Assembly: GCA_963801165.1 (NCBI GenBank)
Contig: CAWDDT010000006.1
Span: 320,001-384,000 of the forward strand
DNA: 64,000 nt
Origin: an uncultured bacterium
GTDB taxonomy: Bacteria > Actinomycetota > Acidimicrobiia > Spongiisociales > UBA5794
Direction of reading: 5' to 3'
Positions 34,120-44,155 of the stretch are shown here, piece by piece; position 1 is the stretch's first letter, and each line of letters starts with the position of its first letter. The notes under the pieces were generated by a model. That model was given only the letters and a program-made list of their open reading frames with translations. It did not search any database and was not told the origin of the DNA. Both the position numbers and the translations under genes were made by a program.

Positions 34120-36552
34120 TCAACTCCGCATCTTCTGGCCACGAGGGTCGTACAGGGGCTCGGGCCGGATCGAAGCCGGGCGCCGCCGGCCAATGATTTC
34201 GATGGTGAACCCGTGAGGCTCGTTGGCAAGCTCGACCGGGACGTAGCCGAGTGCGATCGACTGCTGCGTGTAATGGCCGAATCCACCCGACGTCACCCAC
34301 CCGACCGGCTCGTCGCCGTGGAAGATCGGCTCGTCACCGCTCACGTCGGCGTCATCGGCGTCGACCGCAAACGTCACCAGCCGCCGTCGTGGCCCGCGCT
34401 CTTTCGCTGCCGCGGCCGCCTCTCTGCCGACAAATGGGCCCTTGCCCAGCTTCACGAAGACCCCGAGACCGGCCTCGTAGGGGTCGTAGATGTTGCGGTA
34501 CTCCGTCGCCCAGGACCCGTAGCTCTTCTCGAGCCGCAGCGAGTCGACGGCGCGCGCCCCGAACAGCCGGAGCCCGTACGGTTCGCCCGCCTCCATCAGG
34601 TCGTCGAAGAGACGCAGTTCGTATTCCGGGGCGACCCAGATCTCGAAACCGAGCTCGCCGGTGAAGCTGATACGCCCAACCAACGCCGGCGTCATCCCGA
34701 TATCCATGTGTCTGATCGCCAGGAAAGGGAACGCCGCATCGGACATATCGTGTGCGGTCAGGCTCTGCAGGATATCTCGGGAGGCGGGGCCGGCAACGGC
34801 GAGCCCGACGAGCGATGGGCCGAGGGCCGCAACGCTCACCGTGCCGTCGCCCGGGAGATGGGAGAGAAACCACCGCATGTGATAGTTCTCGGCGGTGCCG
34901 TTCCCGATGATCCGGAACGAGCCATCCTCCAACGCCGCGATAGTGAAGTCGCCGATCAGCTTTCCCTGGTCGTTGAGCATCGGGGTCAAACCGATCCGGC
35001 CGGTGTCGGGAAGACGATTCGCCATGACGCCGTCCAGCCAGCCGGCGGCGCCGGGACCGCTCACCCGGTACTTGCCATAGTTCGTCGTCTCGATCAGACC
35101 CGCCTGCTCCCGGACGGCGCGGCACTCCTCGGCCACTACCGCAAAGGCGTTCGAGCGCCGGTAGGTGACGTTCTCGAACGGCTCCTCGCCCGGGCGCTGG
35201 AACCAGAGGCTGTGCTCCAGCCCGTATGCCGCGCCCCACACGGCGTTCGCCTCGCGGAGCCGGCCATGGATTGGTGTTGTCTGCAGCGGCCGGCCCGCAG
35301 GCAACTCCTCGTTCGGGAAGGTAATGCTGAAACGACGCGAGTAGTTCTCCCGCACCTTGGCATCGGTGTAGGCCATCGTCGCCCAGTCACCGAACCGGCT
35401 CACGTCCATCGCCCACACATCGAGACCAGGGTCGCCGTCGGTCATCCAGTTCGCCAGCGCCAGACCGACCCCACCCCCCTGGCTCAAACCGGCCATGACC
35501 CCGCACGCCACCCAGTAGTTGGTCAGACCCTTGATGGGCCCGACCAGCGGGTTGCCGTCGGGTGCGAAGGTGAACGGCCCATTCACGACATCCCGGATTC
35601 CCGCCTCGGCGAAAGCCGGGTAGTGCTCGAATCCCACCTCGAGCGAGGGAGCGATACGGTCGAGATCCGGCGGCAGCAGTTGCGGCCCGAAGTCCCACGG
35701 TGTCTCGCGCGGTGACCACGGGACCCCGGCCTTCTCGTACGTCCCCATGAGCATCGCGTCCCGCTCCTGTCTGAGGTACAGCTCGCCACCGAAGTCCATA
35801 ACGCCCACGAGCTCCTTGCCTTCGTTGGCGTCCGAGTACGCCTTCACCTCAGCCATGGGCTCTGTGATCAGATACATGTGCTCCATCGCCAGGATCGGGA
35901 TCTCGAGCCCGACCATCCGGCCTACCTCGCGAGCCCACAACCCGCCGGCGTTTACGACGTGGTCGGCGACGACCTCACCCTTGGTGGTCACGAGACGCCA
36001 CCTCCGGTCGGACCGCTGCTCCATGTCCTCGACCTGGCAGTGTCGCTCCACTTCGGCACCCATGGTGCGGGCCGCCGCGGCGTATGCGTGCGTCACGCCG
36101 GACGGGTCGACGTGGCCCTCCATTGCGTCGTAGAGAGCTCCAACGAAGTGGCTCTCGTCCATGAGCGGGAACAGCTCTTTCGCCTCCCGGACCGAGATGA
36201 TCTCCGTATCCATCCCGAGGTAACGGCCCCGGGCGTGCGCCATGCGGAGCCAATCGAGCCGCTCCGGGGTATCGGCGAGCAGCAGCCCACCGGGGAGATG
36301 GATGCCACAATCGCGTCCCGAGAGCTCCTCGATCTCGCGGTACAACTCGATCGTGTACTGCTGGAGCGCAGCAACATTCGGGTCGCCGTTGAGCGTGTGC
36401 ATGCCGCCCGCCGCGTGCCACGTCGACCCGGCGGTGAGCTCGCGACGTTCGAGCAGCAGGAGGTCCTTCCAGCCGGCTTTGGCAAGGTGATACAGCACGC
36501 TGCACCCCACTACCCCGCCACCGATGACAACTACCCGGGCTTCATCTCGCAT
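34120..36552 (-). CDS. Dimethylglycine dehydrogenase-like flavoprotein (DAO + GcvT domains)
   Basis: VVIGGGVVG, GSTWHAAG (covalent-FAD His), NGPFTFAPDG, RISFTGELG, SLRLEK. Confidence 0.88.
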   Translation of the reverse strand: MRDEARVVVIGGGVVGCSVLYHLAKAGWKDLLLLERRELTAGSTWHAAGGMHTLNGDPNVAALQQYTIELYREIEELSGRDCGIHLPGGLLLADTPERLDWLRMAHARGRYLGMDTEIISVREAKELFPLMDESHFVGALYDAMEGHVDPSGVTHAYAAAARTMGAEVERHCQVEDMEQRSDRRWRLVTTKGEVVADHVVNAGGLWAREVGRMVGLEIPILAMEHMYLITEPMAEVKAYSDANEGKELVGVMDFGGELYLRQERDAMLMGTYEKAGVPWSPRETPWDFGPQLLPPDLDRIAPSLEVGFEHYPAFAEAGIRDVVNGPFTFAPDGNPLVGPIKGLTNYWVACGVMAGLSQGGGVGLALANWMTDGDPGLDVWAMDVSRFGDWATMAYTDAKVRENYSRRFSITFPNEELPAGRPLQTTPIHGRLREANAVWGAAYGLEHSLWFQRPGEEPFENVTYRRSNAFAVVAEECRAVREQAGLIETTNYGKYRVSGPGAAGWLDGVMANRLPDTGRIGLTPMLNDQGKLIGDFTIAALEDGSFRIIGNGTAENYHMRWFLSHLPGDGTVSVAALGPSLVGLAVAGPASRDILQSLTAHDMSDAAFPFLAIRHMDIGMTPALVGRISFTGELGFEIWVAPEYELRLFDDLMEAGEPYGLRLFGARAVDSLRLEKSYGSWATEYRNIYDPYEAGLGVFVKLGKGPFVGREAAAAAKERGPRRRLVTFAVDADDADVSGDEPIFHGDEPVGWVTSGGFGHYTQQSIALGYVPVELANEPHGFTIEIIGRRRPASIRPEPLYDPRGQKMRS

Positions 36553-36576
36553 GCTCGCCGTCCGATCTCTCGCCAA

Positions 36577-38103
36577 TCATTGAAACTCTGCGGGATCGAT
36601 CTCGGTACGTCGCCGGGTCATGTACTCGAGCAGAGCCGCGTCAACCGCCTCGTCGAGCGGCGGCTGTTCGTAGCGTCCGAGCAACTCCTGCCATGCGGCC
36701 GTGGCCCGCTCTTCCGCCGGGTGGGCACCCGCGGCCGACCACGTCTCGAATGAGTCACGATCCGCCAGCTGAGGCCGCTGCAACGCATGCCGGAAGCGGG
36801 CAAGCGTGTGTGGAGTCCCGAGATGATGCCCACCGGGTGGCACCTCCGTCAGGATGGAAGCGAGGGCCCATTCGTCCGCGTCCCAACTGACACCCTGGGC
36901 CATCCGGGCGAATACACCGAGCAGATCGAGGTCGAGCATGAACTTCTCGTAGCTGGCCGTGAGGCCACTCTCCATCCAGCCCACCGCGTGCAGGATGAAG
37001 TTGGGCTTGGTGAGCATGGACGAGAACAGGGAGATCGCCGATTCCATGCCCGACTGAGAGTCGGGGACTTTCCCGCTGGTGTAGCCGCCGGCGGCGCGGA
37101 ACGGGAGCCCGTAGCGCCGCGCCATTGCCGAGGTGAGAAACTGTGCGAGCACGCTCTCGCCGGTCCCGAACGATGGCGCTCCGCTCTGCAGGTCGATGGT
37201 CGCCAGGAAAGGGCCGTATACGCAGGGCGTTCCTTTGCGCACCATTTGAGCGAAGACGATGCCGGCCAGCGCCTCGGCGTTCGCCTGCGCGACCGTTCCC
37301 AGGATCGATACCGGGCCCATCGCCCCTGCCAGGATGAACGGCGACAGCATCACGATCTGGTTAGCCCCGGCATAGGCGCGCAGCGTGCCCAGCATCCGGT
37401 CGTCGAGCCGGCGCGGGCTCGACACGTTCACGGTCGCCAGCAGCACGTGGTGGTTCGCCACGAAATCCTCACCAAAGACGATGCGAGCCATCTCGATGGA
37501 ATCGCGAGAAGACATCCCGATCGGGTAGTGGCCCATCATCGGCTTATCACCATGTCTGATGTGGGCGTACATGATGTCGAGCCCACGCTCGTGAAACGGC
37601 ACATCACCCGGCACGATGATCTCCGAGCCCTGGTTGTGGAGATAAGGCGACATCTGGGTCATCTTGATGAAGTTGACGAGATCGGCATATGTGCCCTGGC
37701 GGCGGCCGGCGATCCGATCGTGGACGTAGGGTGGGCCGGCCACCGGAGCGAAAACCATGTGGTCTCCACCGATGACAACGTTGCGAGCGTGGTTTCGGGC
37801 CGTGTGGGTGAACTCGCCCGGGCAGTGCGCCAGATACTCCATCACTAGTTCGCGATCGAAACGAACGATGGAGTCATCGCCCACTTTGGCCCCGTGGTCG
37901 GCGAGGATGCGCAGCGAAGGATCGTCGTAGAACGCGATGCCGGCTTCTTCGAGGATGCGCATCGACGTGTCGTGAATCGTCGCCGTCTGCTCCTCGGTGG
38001 CGAGCTCGTATGCGGGGATCCGATGGAGTGGCTGGTCGATGGTGACCACAACCGGGTCGGCAGCGAGACGGGCCTTACGGCCCACGCGTCGATTGGTCAC
38101 CAT
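36577..38103 (-). CDS. MttB-superfamily (non-pyrrolysine) methyltransferase, glycine-betaine MtgB-like
   Basis: NVSSPRRLD, PFILAGAMGPVS, ANAEALAG, RRYGLPFR, LHAVGWME. Continuous ORF with no in-frame amber codon. Confidence 0.88.
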   Translation of the reverse strand: MVTNRRVGRKARLAADPVVVTIDQPLHRIPAYELATEEQTATIHDTSMRILEEAGIAFYDDPSLRILADHGAKVGDDSIVRFDRELVMEYLAHCPGEFTHTARNHARNVVIGGDHMVFAPVAGPPYVHDRIAGRRQGTYADLVNFIKMTQMSPYLHNQGSEIIVPGDVPFHERGLDIMYAHIRHGDKPMMGHYPIGMSSRDSIEMARIVFGEDFVANHHVLLATVNVSSPRRLDDRMLGTLRAYAGANQIVMLSPFILAGAMGPVSILGTVAQANAEALAGIVFAQMVRKGTPCVYGPFLATIDLQSGAPSFGTGESVLAQFLTSAMARRYGLPFRAAGGYTSGKVPDSQSGMESAISLFSSMLTKPNFILHAVGWMESGLTASYEKFMLDLDLLGVFARMAQGVSWDADEWALASILTEVPPGGHHLGTPHTLARFRHALQRPQLADRDSFETWSAAGAHPAEERATAAWQELLGRYEQPPLDEAVDAALLEYMTRRRTEIDPAEFQ

Positions 38104-38188
38104 GAGGAATTGGTCCTCACCGGGTACACATACGCATCGTTGGACATACGCCTCCCACCGCTAACGCTGCGGTACCTTAGACGTCATT

Positions 38189-38223
38189 GTGCCACCATAC
38201 AGCACGGTTCCACGATGCGGAAC
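38189..38223. promoter_or_regulatory. Putative IclR operator pair upstream of the MttB operon
   Basis: Palindrome GTTCCACGATGCGGAAC (38207-38223) preceded by GTGCCACCATACAGCAC. Confidence 0.6.
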
Positions 38224-38497
38224 AGAGCCCCGCACACGTTGCCGAACGGCATGAACCGCGGGAATGCATTGAGGAACAGTTGACAGACGATCCGGCTGTT
38301 GCACCCACGCCGACAAGGGACGGCCAACCACCCGATCCCGACATTTGGGCATCTCGGCAGCGGGTCCTGCCCCGTGTTTCCAGACTCATAGATGAAGGCT
38401 GGCAATCAAACGCCTTGTTCACTCCACCGCAACGCCGGCCCGTGCTTCTCCCCAACCAAGGACGCCGGAATGGCGAAACCGTCACACGAGAGATTTC

Positions 38498-38520
38498 TTG
38501 TCACACCCGGTTGATACGTT
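38498..38520 (+). promoter_or_regulatory. PafBC (RecA-NDp)-type promoter of the DUF222-HNH gene
   Basis: TGTCAC-N10-TA-N3-T (TACGTT), 6 nt before ATG 38527; same spacing as the mycobacterial TGTCGG-N10-TA-N3-T consensus. Confidence 0.55.
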
Positions 38521-38526
38521 GTTGTC

Positions 38527-39645
38527 ATGTTGTTCACCGATCCCGACGTTGTAGTCGATTTCCGGGCCGAGTTGGCAGAGAACAATGCCGACATTGCCCG
38601 TCTCCTGGCACGCCAGCTCACGCTGCTCAACCAGCTGCACCGGGCCGGGGTCGCTCAGGCCGACGGGGCCCGCTCGATGGTCGACTGGACCGCAACCACC
38701 CTGGACGTCAACCACAACAACGCTCAGCAAATGGTCGATGCCGCCAATCGCATGTACCGCACCGACCCGCACCTATACCGACAGTTCGAAGCCGGTGACA
38801 TCACCTTCGACCGGGCCATCGCCACCCTCAACCTGATCGGTACCGAAGCCCCCACCGCTGTCATCGAACGCAGCTTCCACATCGATCTGACCGCAGTCAA
38901 CCGGCTCACCCACCAATACCGGGCTATCACCCGCAAAGACGAAAAACAAGCCTTCTGTGACCGCTACTTCACCATCCAACCCAACCTGGACAACACACAG
39001 TGGCGGGGCAGCTTCGAACTCCCCGCCACCGAAGGCTCAATCGTCGACCAAGCCATCGCCGGGCGAGCAGACCAGCTACGACGGCTCCCCGGCTCGGACC
39101 GTTACACCCGCAGCCAACTCAACGCCGACGCCCTGGTGATGATCTCCCAAGACTCCCTCGACAACAACACCACCGGCACATCCGCCGGTTCCGGTTCGGC
39201 TGCCACCATCTTTGTTGATTTGGACCGGGCCAACGGCACATCGGGTGAGATGGGTGTCGAGCTGCAATACGGACCGAGGGTCGGACCAGCCGTACTTGAA
39301 GAGGTTCTGTGTGGCGGCACCGTCCGGATGGTCGGACTAGAAGACGGTCAACCCGTCGTCACCACCCAGGCAACCTCGACGATCCCCCCGGCGATTCGGG
39401 ACTATGTGGCCTGGCGCGACAAAGGCTGCGTCGTCGCCGGCTGTCACAGCCGCTACCGGCTCCAAATCCACCACATCAACCACCGAGCCCATGGCGGCGA
39501 CCACGACCCCAACAACCTCGCAACATTGTGCTGGTTCCACCACCACGTCGCCATCCACCACACCGGATTCACCCTCAACACCAACGACCCACCCCACTGT
39601 CGCAGACTCGTAAAGCCCAACCGCGGCCACGACCCGCCCTGGTGA
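38527..39645 (+). CDS. DUF222 (13E12-repeat-like) HNH endonuclease
   Basis: ADGARSMVDW, QLNADAL, RDKGCVVAGC...IHHI...GG...NLATLCWFHH. Confidence 0.88.
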   Translation: MLFTDPDVVVDFRAELAENNADIARLLARQLTLLNQLHRAGVAQADGARSMVDWTATTLDVNHNNAQQMVDAANRMYRTDPHLYRQFEAGDITFDRAIATLNLIGTEAPTAVIERSFHIDLTAVNRLTHQYRAITRKDEKQAFCDRYFTIQPNLDNTQWRGSFELPATEGSIVDQAIAGRADQLRRLPGSDRYTRSQLNADALVMISQDSLDNNTTGTSAGSGSAATIFVDLDRANGTSGEMGVELQYGPRVGPAVLEEVLCGGTVRMVGLEDGQPVVTTQATSTIPPAIRDYVAWRDKGCVVAGCHSRYRLQIHHINHRAHGGDHDPNNLATLCWFHHHVAIHHTGFTLNTNDPPHCRRLVKPNRGHDPPW

Positions 39646-39895
39646 CCCTGCCGTGACTTCCCCAGCCGAGGCCGGGCAGCATCCCCAAGCGTGGCCACGG
39701 TCACCCGGTACCGCCCGCGGGCCCGACCGGTCGGCACCGCTCTCTGTCCACTCGCATCCCCTGATCAAACCGATCGTCCGCCGACCAGGACTCCTCCGAG
39801 CACTTCAGCGCGCCCGTACCGGCGTAACCGCAGGCGGCGCCACCCAACCCACGAATCGGCAGTTATCGGCCCACTCCACTTCTACCATTGCGGGC

Positions 39896-40942
39896 ATGGT
39901 TGAACGTGTCCTGCTGGCTGAGCCACGCGGCTTCTGTGCCGGAGTCGAGATGGCGATCAAGTCGCTCACCTGGATGGTGAACATCTTCGAGCCGCCGGTC
40001 TTCTGCTACCACGAGATCGTGCACAACCAGGCCGTGGTTGCGGCGTTCGAGCAGGCCGGCGTGGTGTTCGTGAACGACATCAGCGAGGTACCGGAAGGCG
40101 CCCCGGTGATGCTGTCCGCCCATGGCTCTGCACCCGAGATCGTCGCCGACGCCACCCGGCGCGCCGCCGTCATGGTCGACGCCGTCTGCCCGCTGGTGAC
40201 CAAGGTCCACCACGAGGTCAAGCTGATGGCCAACAAGGATTACAACATCATCTACGTCGGTCACGCCGGGCATGACGAAGCAGTGGGCGCGGTCGCCGAA
40301 GCGCCGGCTGCGGTGACGCTCATCGACCCGGACCACGGTCTCGGGTCGTTCCAGCCTGCCGATCCGGGCAAGGTCGCGCTGCTGGCGCAGACCACCCTCG
40401 GCATCCACGAGTGGGAGGGAGTCCTCGATGCCGCGGCGGCACGCTACCCCGAGCTGAAGACCGCCCGGCGCAGCGACCTCTGCTACGCCACCACCAACCG
40501 GCAGACGGCGATCCGCCATCTCGCCGAGGAGGCCGACGTGATCCTGGTGGTCGGTTCCGAGAACTCCTCCAATACCCAGGCCCTGGTGCGTGTTGGCCGG
40601 AAACACGGCACCCCGACCTACCGGGTGGACGGCCCCGCGGACATCGACCCGAAATGGCTGGAGGGCCGAAGCGTGGTCGGGGTGACTGCGGGCGCCTCGG
40701 CACCCGACCAACGGGTCCGTGAGGTGATTGCGGCGATCAACCCTGTCCACGGTGACACACCGCTGGCGCTCACCGACGAGGACGAGTACTTCCCCCTGCC
40801 CCCGATGTTGCGGCAGTTCGTCAGGACGCTCCAAACCGTGGTCGAAGCGGCCTTCGCCGTGAGGAAGCCGAACCTCCCCGGGCCGATGGACATGGACCCG
40901 GAGCATTCAGCCACCGAGGCTCTCGACCTACTCGGCGTCTAG
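39896..40942 (+). CDS. ispH: 4-hydroxy-3-methylbut-2-enyl diphosphate reductase
   Basis: PRGFCAGV, HEIVHN, SAHG, DAVCPLVTKVH, LCYATTNRQ, SSN, TAGASAP. Confidence 0.96.
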   Translation: MVERVLLAEPRGFCAGVEMAIKSLTWMVNIFEPPVFCYHEIVHNQAVVAAFEQAGVVFVNDISEVPEGAPVMLSAHGSAPEIVADATRRAAVMVDAVCPLVTKVHHEVKLMANKDYNIIYVGHAGHDEAVGAVAEAPAAVTLIDPDHGLGSFQPADPGKVALLAQTTLGIHEWEGVLDAAAARYPELKTARRSDLCYATTNRQTAIRHLAEEADVILVVGSENSSNTQALVRVGRKHGTPTYRVDGPADIDPKWLEGRSVVGVTAGASAPDQRVREVIAAINPVHGDTPLALTDEDEYFPLPPMLRQFVRTLQTVVEAAFAVRKPNLPGPMDMDPEHSATEALDLLGV

Positions 40943-41581
40943 CGCTTCGACCAGCTCCAGGATGGCAGCCGCCACCTCCTCGGCGCTCAGATACGACGTA
41001 TCGATCTCGACCGCGTCTGCCGCCGGCCGCAGCGGCGAGGTCTCTCTCGTCGAATCGAGATGGTCCCGCCGGTTGAGATCAGCAACGATCTCCGCGACAT
41101 CCTGGTTGGCGGCCTCGGCATCACCGGCGCGACGGGCCGCACGGACCTCGGCGCTTGCGGTGAGGAACGCCTTGACCGGTGCTTCCGGGAACACCACGGT
41201 TCCGATGTCCCGCCCCTCGACAACAGCGTCCCCGCCCCGGGCCGCCACCCAGTCCCGCTGGATCTGCACGACGTGCTCCCTCACTCTGGGGAACGCCGAA
41301 ACCGCACTCACCGCCTTGGTGACCGGCTCGGATCGGGCCTCCTCGTTGACCGACCGCCCGTTCAGGGTGATGACTCCGCAGTCGTAGGCGATCTCGCCTG
41401 CAGTCACCGCGCCCAGCACCTCGTCCTCGTTCGTCAGGTCGGCCCCGGCATCGAGCGCCGCCACCGTCGCCGCCCGGTAGGTGGCACCCGTGTCGAGAAA
41501 GCTCACCCCGAGCGCCGCCGCCACCAGACGGGTCACGGTCGACTTACCCACTCCACCAGGACCGTCTATCGCGATGACCAC
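40928..41581 (-). CDS. cmk: Cytidylate kinase
   Basis: IAIDGPGGVGKST, LDTGATYR, VEGRDIGTVVFP, RRDHLD. Confidence 0.95.
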   Translation of the reverse strand: MVIAIDGPGGVGKSTVTRLVAAALGVSFLDTGATYRAATVAALDAGADLTNEDEVLGAVTAGEIAYDCGVITLNGRSVNEEARSEPVTKAVSAVSAFPRVREHVVQIQRDWVAARGGDAVVEGRDIGTVVFPEAPVKAFLTASAEVRAARRAGDAEAANQDVAEIVADLNRRDHLDSTRETSPLRPAADAVEIDTSYLSAEEVAAAILELVEALDAE

Positions 41582-42849
41582 AGCGCCTCCAGCGCCTCGA
41601 AGAACTTCGGCCAGGACACCCAGGCGGCATCCGCCCCGGCGATCGTAATCGGGCCCGTCGCCCCGGTCGCCGCTACGGCACCCGCCATCGCAATGCGGTG
41701 ATCGCCGGCCGCATCGACCGTCCCGCCCTCCAGCCACCCGATCCCGAGCACCTCGAACCCGTCGTCGAGCTCACGGGCACCACCACCGAGGCCGTTGATC
41801 ATCCCTACGGTTGTGGCGATGCGGTTGGTCTCTTTCGCTCGCAGCTCGGCAGCCTCGGTCACCCTGGTGATCCCTTCGGCATAAGAGGCGACCACCGCCA
41901 CCAACGGCAGCTCGTCGAGCGATGCGGCGACCAGCGCCCCGCTCACCTCGGTGCCCCGCAGGCCGTTTCCCTGCACCGACACCGTTCCTACGGGGTCGCC
42001 CAAGACGGCTCCGGTCACCTGCCCGCCGACCGTGGCACCCATGGCCTCGAGAATCTGAAGAAACCCGATCCGGCCCGGATTGAGCGAGATCTGCGGGGTG
42101 ACCACCTGCGCACCCGGAATGATCGCCGCACTCGCCCACAGAAACGCCGCAGACGACGGGTCGCCGGGGATGACGTAGTGGTAGGCCGGGACGGCTCCGG
42201 GATAGATCCGGAAGGTGTTGCCTTCTTCCTTCTTTCCCAGCCCCATCGCCTCCAACCACCGTTCGGTGTGGTCCCGGTACCCGGGAGGGCTGGTGATGGT
42301 GGATTCCCCACCAGCGCGCACTGCACCGAGCGAGAAGGCGGTGCGAACCTGGGCCGATGCCATCGGGATCTCGATATCGCATGCCGTCGGCGGTGTCGCC
42401 CCTGTGATCGTCACCGGCGCCGTCCCCTCATCCGACAGCTCGACGGTAGCGCCCAACGCCTCGAGCGGCGCTACGAGACGCCGCATCGGACGGCGCAGCA
42501 GCGACTCGTCGCCGATCAGCGTCGCCGTTATCGGCGAGCCACTCAGCGCACCCGCCATCAGCCGCATCGTGGTCCCCGAATTGCCGCAATCGAGAGGAGC
42601 GCCCGGCTCGATCCAGCCGTCGATGCCCGGTGACGAGATCCGTTCCCCGTCGACTTCAACCCCGAGAGTCGTCACGACATCGAGTGTCGACTGCACGTCC
42701 TTGCCTGTTGCCAGGCGCTCGACGGTGCTCGTTCCCTCTGCCATCGCCGCCAGGATGATCGAGCGGTGCGACAGCGACTTGTCCCCCGGCACCTCGATGG
42801 CGGCTGCAAACGGCTCCCCGGGCCCTTCGACTGTCACCGACTCGCTCAC
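41566..42849 (-). CDS. aroA: 3-phosphoshikimate 1-carboxyvinyltransferase
   Basis: PGDKSLSHR, CGNSGTTMR, ASAQV, RDHTE, ELRAKE, DHRIAM. Confidence 0.95.
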   Translation of the reverse strand: MSESVTVEGPGEPFAAAIEVPGDKSLSHRSIILAAMAEGTSTVERLATGKDVQSTLDVVTTLGVEVDGERISSPGIDGWIEPGAPLDCGNSGTTMRLMAGALSGSPITATLIGDESLLRRPMRRLVAPLEALGATVELSDEGTAPVTITGATPPTACDIEIPMASAQVRTAFSLGAVRAGGESTITSPPGYRDHTERWLEAMGLGKKEEGNTFRIYPGAVPAYHYVIPGDPSSAAFLWASAAIIPGAQVVTPQISLNPGRIGFLQILEAMGATVGGQVTGAVLGDPVGTVSVQGNGLRGTEVSGALVAASLDELPLVAVVASYAEGITRVTEAAELRAKETNRIATTVGMINGLGGGARELDDGFEVLGIGWLEGGTVDAAGDHRIAMAGAVAATGATGPITIAGADAAWVSWPKFFEALEALWSSR

Positions 42850-43601
42850 TCGTCTTGCTCCATCATGGTCGGGGCATCTTGCCACGTCGCTCCGGCGGCG
42901 GCGTACAGCGACCGCACTTCCTCAACGGTGAGATAACGCCACAAGCCCGGCTTCAGCGTGGCATCGGAGACCGGCCCGATGCCTACTCGCACCAGGCCGT
43001 GCACCTCGTGCCCGAGGGCATCCAGCATCCGGCGCACCTCGCGCTTCCTCCCCTCAGCCATCACCACCTCGAGCTGCGATCGGTCACGGTGGCTAGAGAT
43101 GACCCGGGCGCGCACCGCCCGGGCGACCCCGTCATCGAGCTCCACCCCGGCGACGAGCTGCCGCAACACACCACGGCCCGGCGTCCCCGCAACCAGGGCG
43201 ACGTAGGTCTTCTCAACTTCGTAGCGGGGATGAGTGACCAGGTTGGCCAGTGTCCCGTCGTTCGTCATCAGCAGCAGACCGGAAGAGCCGGCGTCGAGCC
43301 TGCCCACCGGGTACAGCCGGTGCTCGCCCGGCACCAGATCGACAACGGTGGCCCGCCCCTGTGGGTCATGCGCTGTGCTGATGACCCCCTCCGGCTTGTT
43401 CAGTAGCACATAGACGAGGCCGGTCTTGGTCGGGAGTGGCACACCATCGATGGTCACAACGGCCACCGCGGGGTCCGCCCGATCACCGAGCCGGGCGACA
43501 CGGCCGTCGATACTCACACGCCCTTCCCGTATCAGCTCCTCGGCGCCCCGCCGGGACATCAAGCCGGTGTGGGCGATCAGCTTCTGCAGCCGGTCGATCA
43601 T
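42846..43601 (-). CDS. rluB: Pseudouridine synthase (RluB/RsuA family)
   Basis: RLQKLIA S4 domain, NKPEG, VGRLD, EGRKREVRRM. Confidence 0.9.
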   Translation of the reverse strand: MIDRLQKLIAHTGLMSRRGAEELIREGRVSIDGRVARLGDRADPAVAVVTIDGVPLPTKTGLVYVLLNKPEGVISTAHDPQGRATVVDLVPGEHRLYPVGRLDAGSSGLLLMTNDGTLANLVTHPRYEVEKTYVALVAGTPGRGVLRQLVAGVELDDGVARAVRARVISSHRDRSQLEVVMAEGRKREVRRMLDALGHEVHGLVRVGIGPVSDATLKPGLWRYLTVEEVRSLYAAAGATWQDAPTMMEQDE

Positions 43602-44155
43602 TCCTGCGGCCGGAACGGGCGCTCCAGCACGTCGACCACATCGGCGGGCGGCACGTGATCGGCCAGCGGGGGTAGCTCGCCGAGGCCGCGCACTCCGAGC
43701 TTCTCGAGAAACAGATCTGTGGTGCCGAACAGCATCGCCTGACCTGGACCCGGTGCGGTACCGACGTCGGCGATCAGGCCACGCCGTTCCAGGGTGCGCA
43801 ACGCCCGCTCCGAGTCGACGCCCCTTATCTCCGACACCTGACCGCGTGACACGGGTTGCCTGTACGCCACAACCGCCAGGGTCTCCAACGCGGCCTTGGA
43901 CAAACTCGTAACGCGATCGGTGGCGGCAAACCGCTCCAGATACGGGCGGGCATCGGGGTGGGTGAACAGACGCCACCCGCCCGCGATCTCACGCAGCACC
44001 AGCCCCCGGCCCGACGTCTCCAGATCCTCCCCGTAGGCCGACAGCTCCGCCGCCACGACCGAGTGGGGCTGCTCGACGACTTCGGCAATCTCGGTGGCCG
44101 GGATCGGATCCTCAGCGACAAACAGCATCGCCTCGATCACCGCACGTAGCTCCAT
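43598..44155 (-). CDS. scpB: SMC-Scp complex subunit ScpB
   Basis: IEAMLF, LSKAALETLAVVAYRQPV, IRGV, GTTDLFL. Confidence 0.95.
   Translation of the reverse strand: MELRAVIEAMLFVAEDPIPATEIAEVVEQPHSVVAAELSAYGEDLETSGRGLVLREIAGGWRLFTHPDARPYLERFAATDRVTSLSKAALETLAVVAYRQPVSRGQVSEIRGVDSERALRTLERRGLIADVGTAPGPGQAMLFGTTDLFLEKLGVRGLGELPPLADHVPPADVVDVLERPFRPQE

Noticed and set aside
36577-38103. Pyrrolysine-containing trimethylamine methyltransferase
   Set aside because: The ORF is uninterrupted, with no in-frame TAG and no pyl genes in the window.
38104-38497. Glycine or cobalamin riboswitch upstream of the betaine operon
   Set aside because: The conserved aptamer motifs could not be found by eye; an Rfam cmscan would be needed.
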